In this document: in pieces, positions 11,895-23,660 of the stretch
How positions within the stretch are numbered: the first letter of the stretch is position 1
Layout: each line of letters opens with the position of its first letter
Notes under the pieces: model-generated
Seen by the model: only the letters and a program-made list of their open reading frames with translations
Told to the model about the DNA's origin: nothing
Databases searched by the model: none
NCBI GenBank assembly: GCA_001687465.1
Contig: LVLI01000585.1
Span: forward strand, 1-61,585
Reading direction: 5' to 3'
From: Halocafeteria seosinensis
Lineage: Eukaryota
DNA length: 61,585 bases
Program-made: the position numbers and the translations under genes

Positions 11895-14800
11895 TCACCA
11901 TCTTCCATTGTTGTCCACGGAGGTAGCCTCTTCTTTTCGTTGCACAAAGTAGCGACGGATGAGGTTCTCTATTCTTAGGTAGTGCATTAGCGCGCCGCGG
12001 AGATCTTGCTGAGAGAAAGGCTTAGGAATGAAGTAGGACATCCCCGCCTCCGCACATAACTCCCGGTCCCGTTGGAGTATAGAAGCGGTTACGGCGACTA
12101 TCCACGGACGTTGATGAGCCGGAAAATCAGGGTCCTTCAAAACGTTCCTAGAAAATGTTAAACCGTCCATTACAGGCATGCTTAGATCTAACAAAATGAT
12201 GTCAAACTTTGGTGATGCATTCTTTACCGTTTCCTTGGCAATCGTACCGCTGCTAGCGGTGTCGTACGAAATACTAAGTCTTCGGAGTAGGGCGCAGGCA
12301 AAGTTTACGTTGGTCTGAGAATCATCAACAACCAATACACGTAATTCACTTAGTGTCCGCGCTCTTCCCAGATCTAGTATCTCTTTGGGAAAAAACGATC
12401 CCGCAGACGTTGAGACACCCTCTTCGTTCATCTCAAGTCCCTCGGGATCACTTGGCGAACATGCTGAGGTAGCTTCACTCGTGTGCGCGATAATATCTTC
12501 GGAAACAGACGCGTCCATTTCACCCAATTCTTCGGGGACCTTTGATTCCCTATGATACGTTTGCTGCGTGTTTGCTCGTGCTCTTTCATTGTTCGCCTCC
12601 TCTGTGCGTCTACCCAAACTACTTATATCTCTCCAATATGAACATAAGTAGTTGATTTGAGGTAATGCAACCGATTCTTCCGGGTGAACAGATCTAGAAA
12701 TCACAGAACATGTTATTTCTTGTGCTTTGTTCAAGGACAACGGTCGAGTCGCTACGTATGTCGAAGCGGAAACATTGTTGGATATATATCGCTCGCTGAA
12801 GTCGTCGGGATTATGCGGTTCCTCGTGTGCGTTGTGCCCTGCCACCAGTGAATCAATGAGTGTAGGACTATCACCTAAGCTGTCTGAGCTTTCAAGAGAA
12901 GATTCGCCCCAAGAAACAAAATCCAAGGCCTCAGCACCTCCATGAGACATCGGATAACTATGCTGTCCCTCAGTGTCGTGCGCCCTGCTCACCTGCTGCG
13001 GTGGAAGATGAATGCCGGCAGTCAGCACCGCCCTCCGTGATGGAGCCAGTATTAACACAGGAAGCCGCGACGAGATTATACTATTCAAACATTCAGCATC
13101 TTCAGATGTTTTAAGGGAATCCAAAGACACTACGAAAAGACGCTTCTTAATTCTCGGAGACGATGGACTGCGTTGGAGTGTCGGATCCTCCTCGTCCGAA
13201 CACAGGGACTGTGCAATAGTCCCCAACGTTGGTGCTCTTTCTCCCTCACGACGCGAAAAAAAATTGTTATCTCTTTCAAATCTCTTCACCCAGCGAAAGC
13301 TAATACTGCCAGGCTCATCAGGGTCAAGAAGGTCATCCTCTGCGGGGGAGCTCGGTAACTCTTCGCCTTTAAAGGAAGTAAATTGCTCCAAAGAGGTCGA
13401 GATACGAGCACCGCACTCGAGAAACCGTTGAGCAACAGCTCGATATCCAGAGGGGGATGTCTCAGCAATGTAGACGAGAGTTTCACTGTTGTTTCCACCA
13501 GATATCGGCTTGAGGCCCGCATCTGGGAGCGTGCCGTCAATGCTTGTAACATCCGAGTTCGACCCTTGGCTAGAACAGCAGTGCTCACAAGAATTCGGTG
13601 CCGCCTGCAAAGAGAAGCAGATGAAAAATGAGGAACCGCATCCTCTCTTGGACGTAACAACAATGTCACCACCAATCATCTCAACGAGGCGTTTCACGAT
13701 TGGTAGGCCCAGACCTGTTCCCCCGTAGTACCGTGCGATACTGTCTTCGCCCTGGTGAAACTTGTCAAAGAGCTTGGGGCCCAGTTCCTTGTGGATCCCG
13801 ATGCCAGTGTCTGCTACCTCGAGCACGATAATCACTCCATCATGAACTTGCTCCGCATTTGCATTCGTGTTGCCGTCATAGCTTCCACGAGGGCGCCTAC
13901 TACGATCGCTGTACACAACCTCATGTACACTGCGACGGTTGCTCCAGCAAAATGGCAACTCATTTACATCATTGGAAAGATAGCGGCGCGGATCAAGTAG
14001 ACGGGCGTCCTTGGCGAATTGCTTCGATGGTACGCGAATAGCAGTGAACGATACCAAAATCGATCCCTGTTCCGTGAACTTTGCCGCGTTACCGAGTAAA
14101 TTTATAAGAATTTGCCGAAAGCGTACAGCGTCCCCGAATACAAATTCCGGCGGTTCAAAGAGCTTTCGCCTTCGCAAGGAGGACTTCACATCATCCGAGA
14201 CAACCGATCCAGTGTCATCCACGCAGTAGCATTGCAAAGTGTAATCTAGGCTCACATTTTTTCTATGGCATTGGTACGATAGCAACTCTGTAACGTTTTC
14301 CACATTCGTGCGGATCGAAAAGGGGATGTTTTCTAGCCGCGTCTCACCCAATTCATATCTGCAGCGATAAGCAATAGTCACGACTCATAAGCTCATTCCT
14401 GAGATCTCTACGACTGTGATATAACGTACTTCGTCAAGTCCAAGACATCGTTTAATAGTCCACACAGGGTTGACCCACTATTGGCAATAGTTTGAAGATA
14501 CTCTCTTTGCTCTTCAGATATTGACGTTTCCATAAGTAACTCTGCATGTCCAAGGATTGCATGTAGAGGAGTTCGCAACTCATGGCTTATCATTGAAAGA
14601 AATGTATCGTTGGCTTGTCGTTTTTGTTTTTCCATGTCTGCCAACTTGCGCAGCCGACCCCGCTCATGCTCCAGCAATTGAGCTTGTTCGATTGCTTGGG
14701 AAAAATGATTAGCAGCATCCTGAAATAAGCTCTTATCTTCGTCCGAAAGGTCAATTTCTTCTTTCATGCATACCAATATTAACCCATACACATAGTCTCC

Positions 14801-16031
14801 GGACTCTTGAGTAGATTGTTCGCTTACACAGCCAGATTCCTCCATTCTAACGGGATCGATCACGCTTTTATGGCATCTGACTTCCACTTCACTAAAATCA
14901 CCAATCAAATACTTTTCCAATGGAATATTACTTGAAGACTCCCGTTGATCTTCCATAACCCCCCAAGCACTGTCCGCAGGAAGCCGTACACGGAATCCAT
15001 ACCAGTTATGCCCACTTCTACAGGTTTCAGGCTGCTGTTCTTCTGGACTAGCGGGAGCCAGTATATTGCTTAACAGTGGAAACGGGGCACCGGGTCCGAG
15101 GAGGTAAGCAACAGTAATCGGTGACAGTCGACATCCGGCACCATTAGCAAGTACTTGTCTTACTTCCTCGACAACTTTAGCACTCCCAAAATTCACCTCA
15201 AACGACGGAACGAGTTCAGTGTTGGAGCTGGCCTGGGCGTTGGCCAACTCATCACTTGTTTCGCCATCTACCACTGCAGCCGAGAAGAACACCTGATTGT
15301 TCGGGTACAGACTCTGACTAGAAGTGGCTTGGGCTTCCGCAGATTTCTCATCACGTGTAGTCGGAAAGGATAAAGCAACGGAAGAAATATCGTCAAGGTG
15401 TTTCGACATTGCATTGGCAGTGTTTTCAACAACTTCCTGGACTGTGGTCGCCGTATTGATCTCATCAGCAATTCGTCGACCTACCACCGCTTGTTTTTTT
15501 TCATGCCTCAGGCGCTTCTCTCTTGTCACTTGAGCTTCGATTCGCTTAAACACTGTAGTCGCTACTTCATTCGTAGCAGAAGGCAAGATAACAGCAGCAT
15601 ACACACTGACAATAGCAGCTCCCACTTTCATGAGCATGGAGAACCAGGACGATTCCAACGTTGCCACAACCGTGCTGATCATCATTCCCAGATGGCTAAG
15701 TCCGCAAGCCGCGATAAAGAGTTGGAAAATAAGGAGAATCCTACTCAGATCCTGCAGAGGGAAAATGAAAACACCGGCAGGAAACCATCATGCCAATAAC
15801 CTTCCCCGGCTCTATTGCAGCGCAAATGCTTACTTCAACCACCTCCGTGTACTTGTATCGCGTGTACACCATGTACGCTGATATCGCCGTATAGGCCAAG
15901 AAGAGAGAAACATCCGCCGTGGCGCCTGTGGCCTCCACTCCAAAGCCATGGGGGCTTCCATCGAAGGATGCCAGGGACTCGCATGGAGTCTGTTGTGTAC
16001 CTTGCGGCAAGAGGCCTCGCAAGGATCCCAT
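11895..16031 (-). CDS. Ethylene-receptor-like hybrid histidine kinase A (3-TM ethylene-binding domain, GAF, HisKA, HATPase, pseudo-receiver, receiver)
   Basis: Spliced N-terminus ADVSLFLAYTAISAY...VVE|DLSRILLIFQLFIAACGLSHL...MKVGAAIVS. H-box MISHELRTPLH, N-box QILINLLGNAAKFT, DTGIGI, GGTGLGL. Receiver VLVVDD...LLDLSMPVMDG...VTA...KPF. Introns at 15752-15833 and 14359-14429. Confidence 0.9.
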
Positions 16032-16903
16032 CACTGTATACACCCTCTCTGTATCACACACCCATACACCAGAAGGAGAGACTGAGTTTGGGGCGACTCT
16101 GAGAGTGTCTCTCTGCAAGGATGTATGTGCTTATGGGCAATCGTCTCTTGTTCTACGCTAAGTAAAGTGGAACACCTCAGTCCCGAGGACGTCCCAAATG
16201 AGGCGTATGTGGCTGTGCTCCACCCACCATGCATCATCGACGTGAACACCACAAACATGATAACTGGTTGAGACTATACGGTGGTGTACTGAATCCGTCA
16301 TCCACGGACAAGGTTTTCGGCGGAAAATGACTCGATTGACCCGGTCGACCCAGGCGTACCACGGAAAATTCAGGCTTCTGCACGTCCAACTCTATTGTGT
16401 CACGTAGTGTCTTTAACCTTCTCATACGTTTCATCCGGATAAATATTCGGTTGCAACATTTGCTGAAAGGTCACTGAGTATGCTCTGTGGACTCGTTCTT
16501 CAGCGTTCTTTATGGACCGGAGACCGGAGCAGCCGACGATTAGGGCCCAAAGTGCAACGTGAACGTGCCTCCGTTGGTCGAGAGACAATTCGTATACAAT
16601 ATTGCATGCAAATATAACCAATTCAAGCATGTTAACAATGGGAAAGGATAGAAAGCGCTTGTTGTTGATGGGTCTTACACTGTCCTCTTTGACTCCTTTC
16701 GACTCGACTACGTTGGAAGTCTGAATTACGCTCGCTTTCCTTGGCATTCACGGGGCAGGCCAACTGGAAGAAGACGTTACTTCAGTTGCCTCGAGCTTTC
16801 TCCGGTCGGCGAGATGTATTTTACTGCCATATACATTGCTTCTTGTGCTGGTTTTGACTCACTACTTGTACCACATTGACGAGGTGAGACGACCACCAGT
16901 CAG

Positions 16904-16975
16904 CACACATAGCCCACCGGCCGGGAAGGTGACCGCATCCTCTTAACGAGGAGCAGTATGCGCCCGTGTTAAGCA
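16904..16975 (-). mobile_element. Short dispersed retroposon-like element, copy 2 (may extend to about 17037)
   Basis: ATAGCCCACCGGCCGGGAAGGTGACCGCATCCTCTTAACGAGGAGCAGTATGCGCCCGTGTTAAGCA matches 1420-1486. CAGTCAG near 16897 and near 17038 is a candidate TSD. Confidence 0.65.
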
Positions 16976-17219
16976 GCGACGGGCCCGCTGTTCCTGCAGC
17001 CTTGCTGACATGCGCCGTTGAGGGAACACAGCACTGGCAGTCAGTGATCCGACAGCACTTATACATGTACTACAAACTCGTTCATAAGTTATTTCGGAAC
17101 TTACAAAAACTATGATAGTGGGCTGTATACGCCTGCGACGCTGCTTGTGTATTTCTTTTCTTTCATAACTCCAGGGACTTTAACCTCTTGTCAGTCAAAA
17201 TACCGCTACCCGCTGTGCG

Positions 17220-17258
17220 CACACACACATATGTGACAGATAGCCCACCAGCTGGGGA
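17220..17258 (-). mobile_element. Truncated copy 3 of the same element
   Basis: CACACACACATATGTGACAGATAGCCCACCAGCTGGG matches the tail end of copy 1. Confidence 0.6.
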
Positions 17259-17616
17259 CTTACAATGATCCAGTCCTTTTTATCAGGGGTTTCCGACTAC
17301 GCCTAAGCTGTCTGGTGCAGAGGAGCAATTGTAGGATGTTGCGCAAATGGTTGCATTTAGTAATGCCCAATACAGTTGAATACACACACGCCAGTACAGT
17401 GTATGGAGAGGGCACTTACTATAGTTGAAGTTGAATACGACTTGCGATGGTGTGAGTCACTGAGACCCAGAGTGACGTTCTACGAACACTCCGTGAATCT
17501 GCATCCAGTCACTCTACTAGTGGATCCACATGGGGGTGCAATGGTAATCCTGGAGCCCAAGTAATAGGTTGATAAGCACGATAAATAGACTCATACCGCT
17601 CTACAACGAATTTAGA

Positions 17617-20600
17617 ATGCGGGGCATACGGGCAGCGGCAGAACGAACTACCCCCTGCGAACCTTTGACGTCATTCGACGAGAGCCCACATGTCCTTGGA
17701 GTAACTACGACGGCCGCCACGGCGGATGTGGCTTTGTTTTTGGCTTATACAATGATATCCGCGTTTCTACTGCGCATGAGATATAAGCATAAAAATGTCG
17801 TAGAGGTATGTGTACAGTGTATGTGCCTTCAGCTGGAGCGGGTCAGCAGACGTGAACGAATGAAATTGCAGGATGTCAGTCGTATACTATTGCTATTTCA
17901 GCTATTCATAGCCGCGTGCGGACTTAGTCATTTAGGAATGATGGTCAACATGGTGGCGGCCACTGTCGGAGCGAGTTGGTTCTCTATGCTCATGAAAGTT
18001 GCTGCCGCGCTGATTAGCCTCTATACAGCGGTGGTTCTCCCTGGGGCCACTCATGAAGTAGCTTCAAAGTTGTACGCGAAGATTGAGAATCAAATATCAA
18101 GAGAGGAACGGCTCAAAATAGAGAAAGCACAGGCGCTTAAAGCTAGAAAAATTGCGGATGAAATCAACGCAGGAACTTCGGCTTCGGAAGTTGTGCAATC
18201 GGTGGTGAGTAGCACGGTCAAACATGTCGAAGGGATCCGAGCTGTCGGAATTTCGGTACCTACAAACTGTGATCCACAAGATGGTGCTGTGCATTTGTTT
18301 GAGACGCCAGAAGTGAATTCGGGTAGAGCCGTCTTTTTCAGGTCCAGAGCCCTGGCTGAAGCCCCACCTAGCCAAAGTGATTCCACGTCGACGCTTTCAA
18401 GCTCACTGAAGATTGGAATGGTGGCTGCGCTGCGTCTTCATCAGTGCAGTGATAAAATCGCTAACGAAATACGCCAGGTGATGGCAGCTGGTGTAGGCCA
18501 AGTCGTGTCACCGGAGACCGCTGCCTTTCTTCTCGGGCCGAATGCAGACGCCCAACTCTTGGCGAAGATTGCTCATTCAATTCGCCAGTCCGAGCTTATT
18601 GATCAACAATCGTCTGGAAGTAATTCCTCTGTTTCCCCCATGGTTGAGTGGTCCAAATGGTATGCTTGCCGAATTCGAGTTCCTACTGATTCCTTCTGCG
18701 AGAATGCTAACTCCGAGTCCCCATTAAACGTACGGAAGGAATATATGCTCGACGAGACCGATCAATTGTTTCCCCGACGCAACTTCAACAGTAACGGGCT
18801 TGAGAATAGTACGGTATCTATAGCAGTATCGCAGCCTCCATCAACTGCAGATCCAACGACGGATTCTCCTAAGTGCTCCTGGAGCTATATGTATGCCGTC
18901 ATGCTTGTATGCATACAGGAAGACTCATCTATAGGTGAAGCAGAAGTTGGTACTTTCGAGGATATTACCAATCAGTGTTCTCGGACAATGGAGCAAATTC
19001 GTTTGGTGGAAAATGAGCACGAGCGACTGCGAAGCCTTGCTAAAATCGAGAAGCAAAAGCGACAAGCGAACGACACGTTTCTGTCAATGATAAGTTACGA
19101 ACTTCGTACACCGTTGCATACCATCTTGGGATATTCAGACCTATTGTTAGGAACGTCTACGACCGACGAGCAGAGGGAATTCTTGCATACGATTGTTAAT
19201 AGCGGATCCACTTTATGCGAACTACTCAACGATATTCTAGACTTAACCAAGTAAGTGGAATCGAAGAAATGTGCATTTTCGGGATTTTATGTTGACGTTT
19301 CTGGGGGTTGAATCATTGCAGGTTCGAGCTCGGTGAAATCAACGCCGTCGCAGCGCCCTTTTCAGTAAGGGCCAACATTGAGACTGCGCTCCGGCTATTT
19401 TCACCTCGCGCACAAGACAAGTCTACCAGTATCAACTACATATCGCAATGCTATAGGCTCGACTGGCGTGGAAGAATAGCTTATGACGATATAAAGGGGT
19501 CTTGGTCCGAATGGAAGAATTTTGAGCCACCCGAGTTTGTTGTCGGAGACGAAGTGAGGTTGCGGCAAATCTTGATCAAGCTGCTAAGCAATGCCGTCAA
19601 ATTCACTGAAGGTGGTTCCATTTTGATATCGGCAACCACGGTACGCGTAAATGGGGAACATGCCAAGAGAAACCCTCTCTTGATGGATCCGGCTGAGTAC
19701 CTCTCTAGTGCGGTGGAATCACTGCCCTTTTGCTGGAAAGAGCGCAGATACGAGCATTCAGTGGTGTATCAGAGTTGCAGTTCTAATGATGGTACACAAT
19801 CCTCTACTGGGGAACCAAGGGAAGAAGATGGAGTCAGTACGAGTCCTCGGAATGTCATGGTCGAGGGAAATCACGATACTGTCGTTCTGATAGTGGAAGT
19901 GGCAGATACTGGGAGTGGCATTGATACCAACTGTGGAGAAAGTATCTTCGAAATGTTCCAAAGAGGGGCAAGCAGGACGAGAGGTACAGGATTGGGCCTT
20001 GCAATGGTAAGAAACCTAGTAAAGATGCTCGGAGGAGAAATGGTTGTAACTTCGAAGAAAGGACTTGGTTCATCGTTCTTCCTATGTTTCTCCATGCAAG
20101 CTGCGAACTTGAGTTGCTCCCATTGTAATGAACTCAACGAAGATTCCAAAGGCGTATCGGACAATGATATTGAGCCAATGTCGCCTCAAAGTGGAGCATT
20201 TCCGGAAGGAGTTAGTGCTATCGTTTTCCAATCGTCCCTCAGTGACTATCGAGCGACAGTGCAACGTCTCTTGGAAAGCGGAGCGTCAGTCTGCACCTCT
20301 GAGGAGGAGTTTGCGGGACTTGGGGGCAATATTTTCCCGTTGCATCCCAGTTCTTGGGAGGAGACCCTTTCCGACAGGATAACACATGACATAGAGCTTT
20401 ATGACACGTATCAGTGTTCGACAACTTTGTCAATAGGAAGGCTGACGCGACTTGTCTGTGGTGGAAGTGGCAATGATTCAGGGTTTTTTGGCACCGGCTC
20501 CAAATCACGCTTACTAGTCTTAGACTACCGTTGTCTCCGTACGGAACAAGATGTTACTTACTTAAATACGCTCATAGCGGAGTCAGTCCCAATGCTTTTG

Positions 20601-21755
20601 CTCGCTCCTTCCAGAAGGATCCTGGTAGAAACCGGCGTCAGTATTCCTGGTGTGGAACTTCCCGGAATTCTTCCCCGCGAAGTCCGTGATGCAGCGCAAC
20701 ATGTTCAGCAGGACTCTGAAGAAATGGATCTCACATCGTTGAGCCAGGTTGCGGATGATGATACCGATTCAGATGATGACGGCCCGCAGCTTGTAGATGA
20801 GGTGATTTCAGCTGATAGAAGAAGGGCAACGCAGTTTCAACCGCTGGCAAATAAAAATTCCAGGAACGCTGAGAATATCATGGTCTATACTGGTACTCAG
20901 CCACTGGCGTTAGCACAGGTTGCGGAGGTCGTTGCCACGGTAATATCTTGTTCTAGGTCTGTACGGTATTCAGCGTATCCGTTGTGGTCTTTCCTGGGAT
21001 CATATTTCGATACAGCAAACGCATGTAGCGTTGTAAATAACGGAGGCACTGTCGCTCGTCCAGCATCATACTTCTTAGATCAGGAAAATTCTGCTCATTC
21101 GAAAAAAGCATGTCCCATCGCAACTTCTGTCAAACGCGATCGGAACGCTAGCTTGTCACCAAAGGTTGCTGAAGGAATGCAAGTAGTGCCGCAAGAGGGA
21201 GTTTATTTGAAAACGGGGGCGTTTTTTCCTCAAAGCACCCGTGAAAGTACTACCGAGGGTACTCTACGCGTTATCATCGTTGACGAGGACCCTTCGAACT
21301 CGGAGTACGTTTCACGGCTTCTGGAAAGAATTGGGGTCGACTCTGAGGTCGCCAGTGACGGGAAAACTGCGACAGAGAAGATCAAGGACGCCACACCCAA
21401 GTTTGACGTGATGTTGCTCGACTTGGATATGACGACAAATTACGGCTTTTCTATTCTAGAAAATGTAATGAAGGATGGGGTGGTACCTCAAGTAAGGAAA
21501 CCTGTTTGTATAGCTACGACAGCATCGGTTTTGCAAGCTGACAGGGAAAGATGCACAGACGCGGGTGTTTCGTATTTTATTCCGAAGCCGTTTCGCTCCG
21601 GCGACATTTCTCAGGCGCTTGAATACTATCGCAAGCTCGAAGGCTACGCAAGACGGTATTACTATGAGAACCTTCATACTGTCGATGAAATGGACTACTA
21701 TGCCTCATCGAGTGATCAATGGATTGGTCTACAGTCTGTCACTCATAATGAATGA
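17617..21755 (+). CDS. Ethylene-receptor-like hybrid histidine kinase B, degenerate H-box (His to Tyr)
   Basis: ADVALFLAYTMISAF...VVE|DVSRILLLFQLFIAACGLSHL...MKVAAALIS. H-box reads MISYELRTPLH; also QILIKLLSNAVKFT, DTGSGI and RGTGLGL. Receiver IIVDED...LLDLDM...TTA...KPF. Introns at 17806-17871 and 19251-19321. Confidence 0.9.
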
Positions 21756-21796
21756 GATATACTGATAGTGCAAGCTGCGCAGCGCGAAGCGACGAA

Positions 21797-23582
21797 CTAA
21801 AACTCTACAGCTGTCCAGTTATGTCCACTCTGTTCGATGAACGATAAGATATCCTTGATGTTTAGCTCGACGCTTGCCTCATTTGTCAACGGATGTACAA
21901 GGACAGGACCACTATGCTCGAGTAAATTGCGATCGATAGCCACATTGACGACTTGCGCTGTATCGTTCATCAATGCGAGAGGTGAAACGTTTCCTTGCGT
22001 TGTCCCAAGGTTTGTAGCTAAGGTTTTCGCATCGGAAAAACGAAGGGTAATGTTACCATATCCAAGTTGTTGACCTAGGGATTTTAAGTCAGTAGCGGTA
22101 TCGTGTTTCTGTAGAGAGCGCCGTTGAACGAAACTGATATTGCTACGAGCGTTATGAACATAGAACGCCGTTGTTCATGACGTACCGCCACAAGCAACCA
22201 TAATCTGCTATCGGCTTCATTTTTTGCTTTCTTTGCTTTAATAAAGAGGTTCTTTACCTGGGCAGCTCCTTGGATATGAGAGGTAGCTTTGACAAGCTCA
22301 GCCACCTGGGGTACAAAATTTCACAACACTGTATACTTCTGGAGCAGTGCACAACAGGGACGGTTGAATACTTACCGTATTTGTAGCAGCATGTCGATGA
22401 AGAGCGTAAGGAATCTGGTAAAATTTTAACGCGGATTCTGCTTTATCTAAGCGCTTTGCGCTATCCATCTCAGTTTCGGAGATATTCTCTGGTCGTTGTT
22501 CTAATGTAGGCTCTTTGGCAGATTGTTTATTCCCGGTATACGTTTGTTCTTTCTTGGGGTCATCAGCGACCTGCTCCGTTTTCGCACCTTTTCGTGGAAC
22601 TGTCGACTTCTTTACAGCCTTATTCAGTTCCATCGAGTCATCAGCCTCCTGAGCTGCCCGTTGAGGGCAAGGTCTAGCATCAATTTGACATCCTACTCTT
22701 TCGATCCCTCCAACGTGGCACCCGCTTGCTATCAGAGCCTCGTAGAAACAAGCATCTTGCGATATTCGACGAATCCAATCGGAGGTATTCGGATAAGCAG
22801 TGGATCCACTCAAGCAGAGCAGAGGTTCGAGCAGAGTACTCCCCAAAATCATGTCAGCAGCTGCTGGTTCCTGCGTCCCGAGAATAAAGCGACTCGAGCT
22901 GAGTCTATCTTCCACTTTCTGCAACGATTGCGAAAGGGTCGGATGCTTTTGAATCCTGGCTACTATCTCTTGCACCGCTTGTTTCTGTTGCGGTGAGTGT
23001 TGTACACCCATGTTAACCAGAGTTTTCAGCATAGCCTTTTTATCGCCCAAGACTTCGTTCAGTGTGGCCTTATCAATTCCTCCTCGGTGAAGCAATTCCA
23101 CCCACGAATCAGTCTGTATTACTGAACTCAATTCAGAGGCGGTCCTACCTCACGGTTGGCGGGACGTAGGTACTTACTTCACCTTCATCTTCGTACGGGG
23201 ACGCCGTTCCAATGACGTTCCCCTGGCGGTCAACGCTTTGCAATCGTCCCAAAGCCATGGTGATGGCGGGCATTCCACTGATGACCATATCTTCCTTTAT
23301 TCCCCACCAATGAACATTTTCGGCGTCATCTGATTGTCCCATACTGCTCGTATCCAGGTGGCCCAGCGCATCCGCGGCCTCCTTCAGGGAGCCATACACG
23401 AAGATATTGACCGTATTTTCCGGAAAGAAGCTCCTACGTTCTGCACGGAGGCTCTCAGGGACCACATAGATGACGTAAAAGCCCCTGGAACGAGCCATAG
23501 CGATACAGGGAAGAGCATCTTCCGGGGTGCCTTCCAGCACAATCGTGTTTTGGGGGGTCAGAGTGGGGCTTACCAGCGACAT
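21797..23582 (-). CDS. GST-like domain fused to a YbaK/ProX (PRORSD1-like) aminoacyl-tRNA editing domain
   Basis: GST_C-like FILGTQEPAAADMIL...YPNTSDWIRRI. ProX-like HRHAATNT|VAE, VKNLFIK, LRFSD, GTTQGNVSPLALMND and VHPLTNEASV. Three GT-AG introns join the ORF pieces in frame. Confidence 0.8.
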
Positions 23583-23660
23583 TGTATGGAATACGCGCTA
23601 TTGATAAGTGTTTTTGATATTTCTATCATTACCAAACAAGTTCCCAACAATCCATACAAA

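Noticed and set aside
16400..16747. 115-aa ORF between the receptors as a partner such as HPt
   Set aside because: There is no HPt motif or other recognisable domain and no support beyond ORF length.
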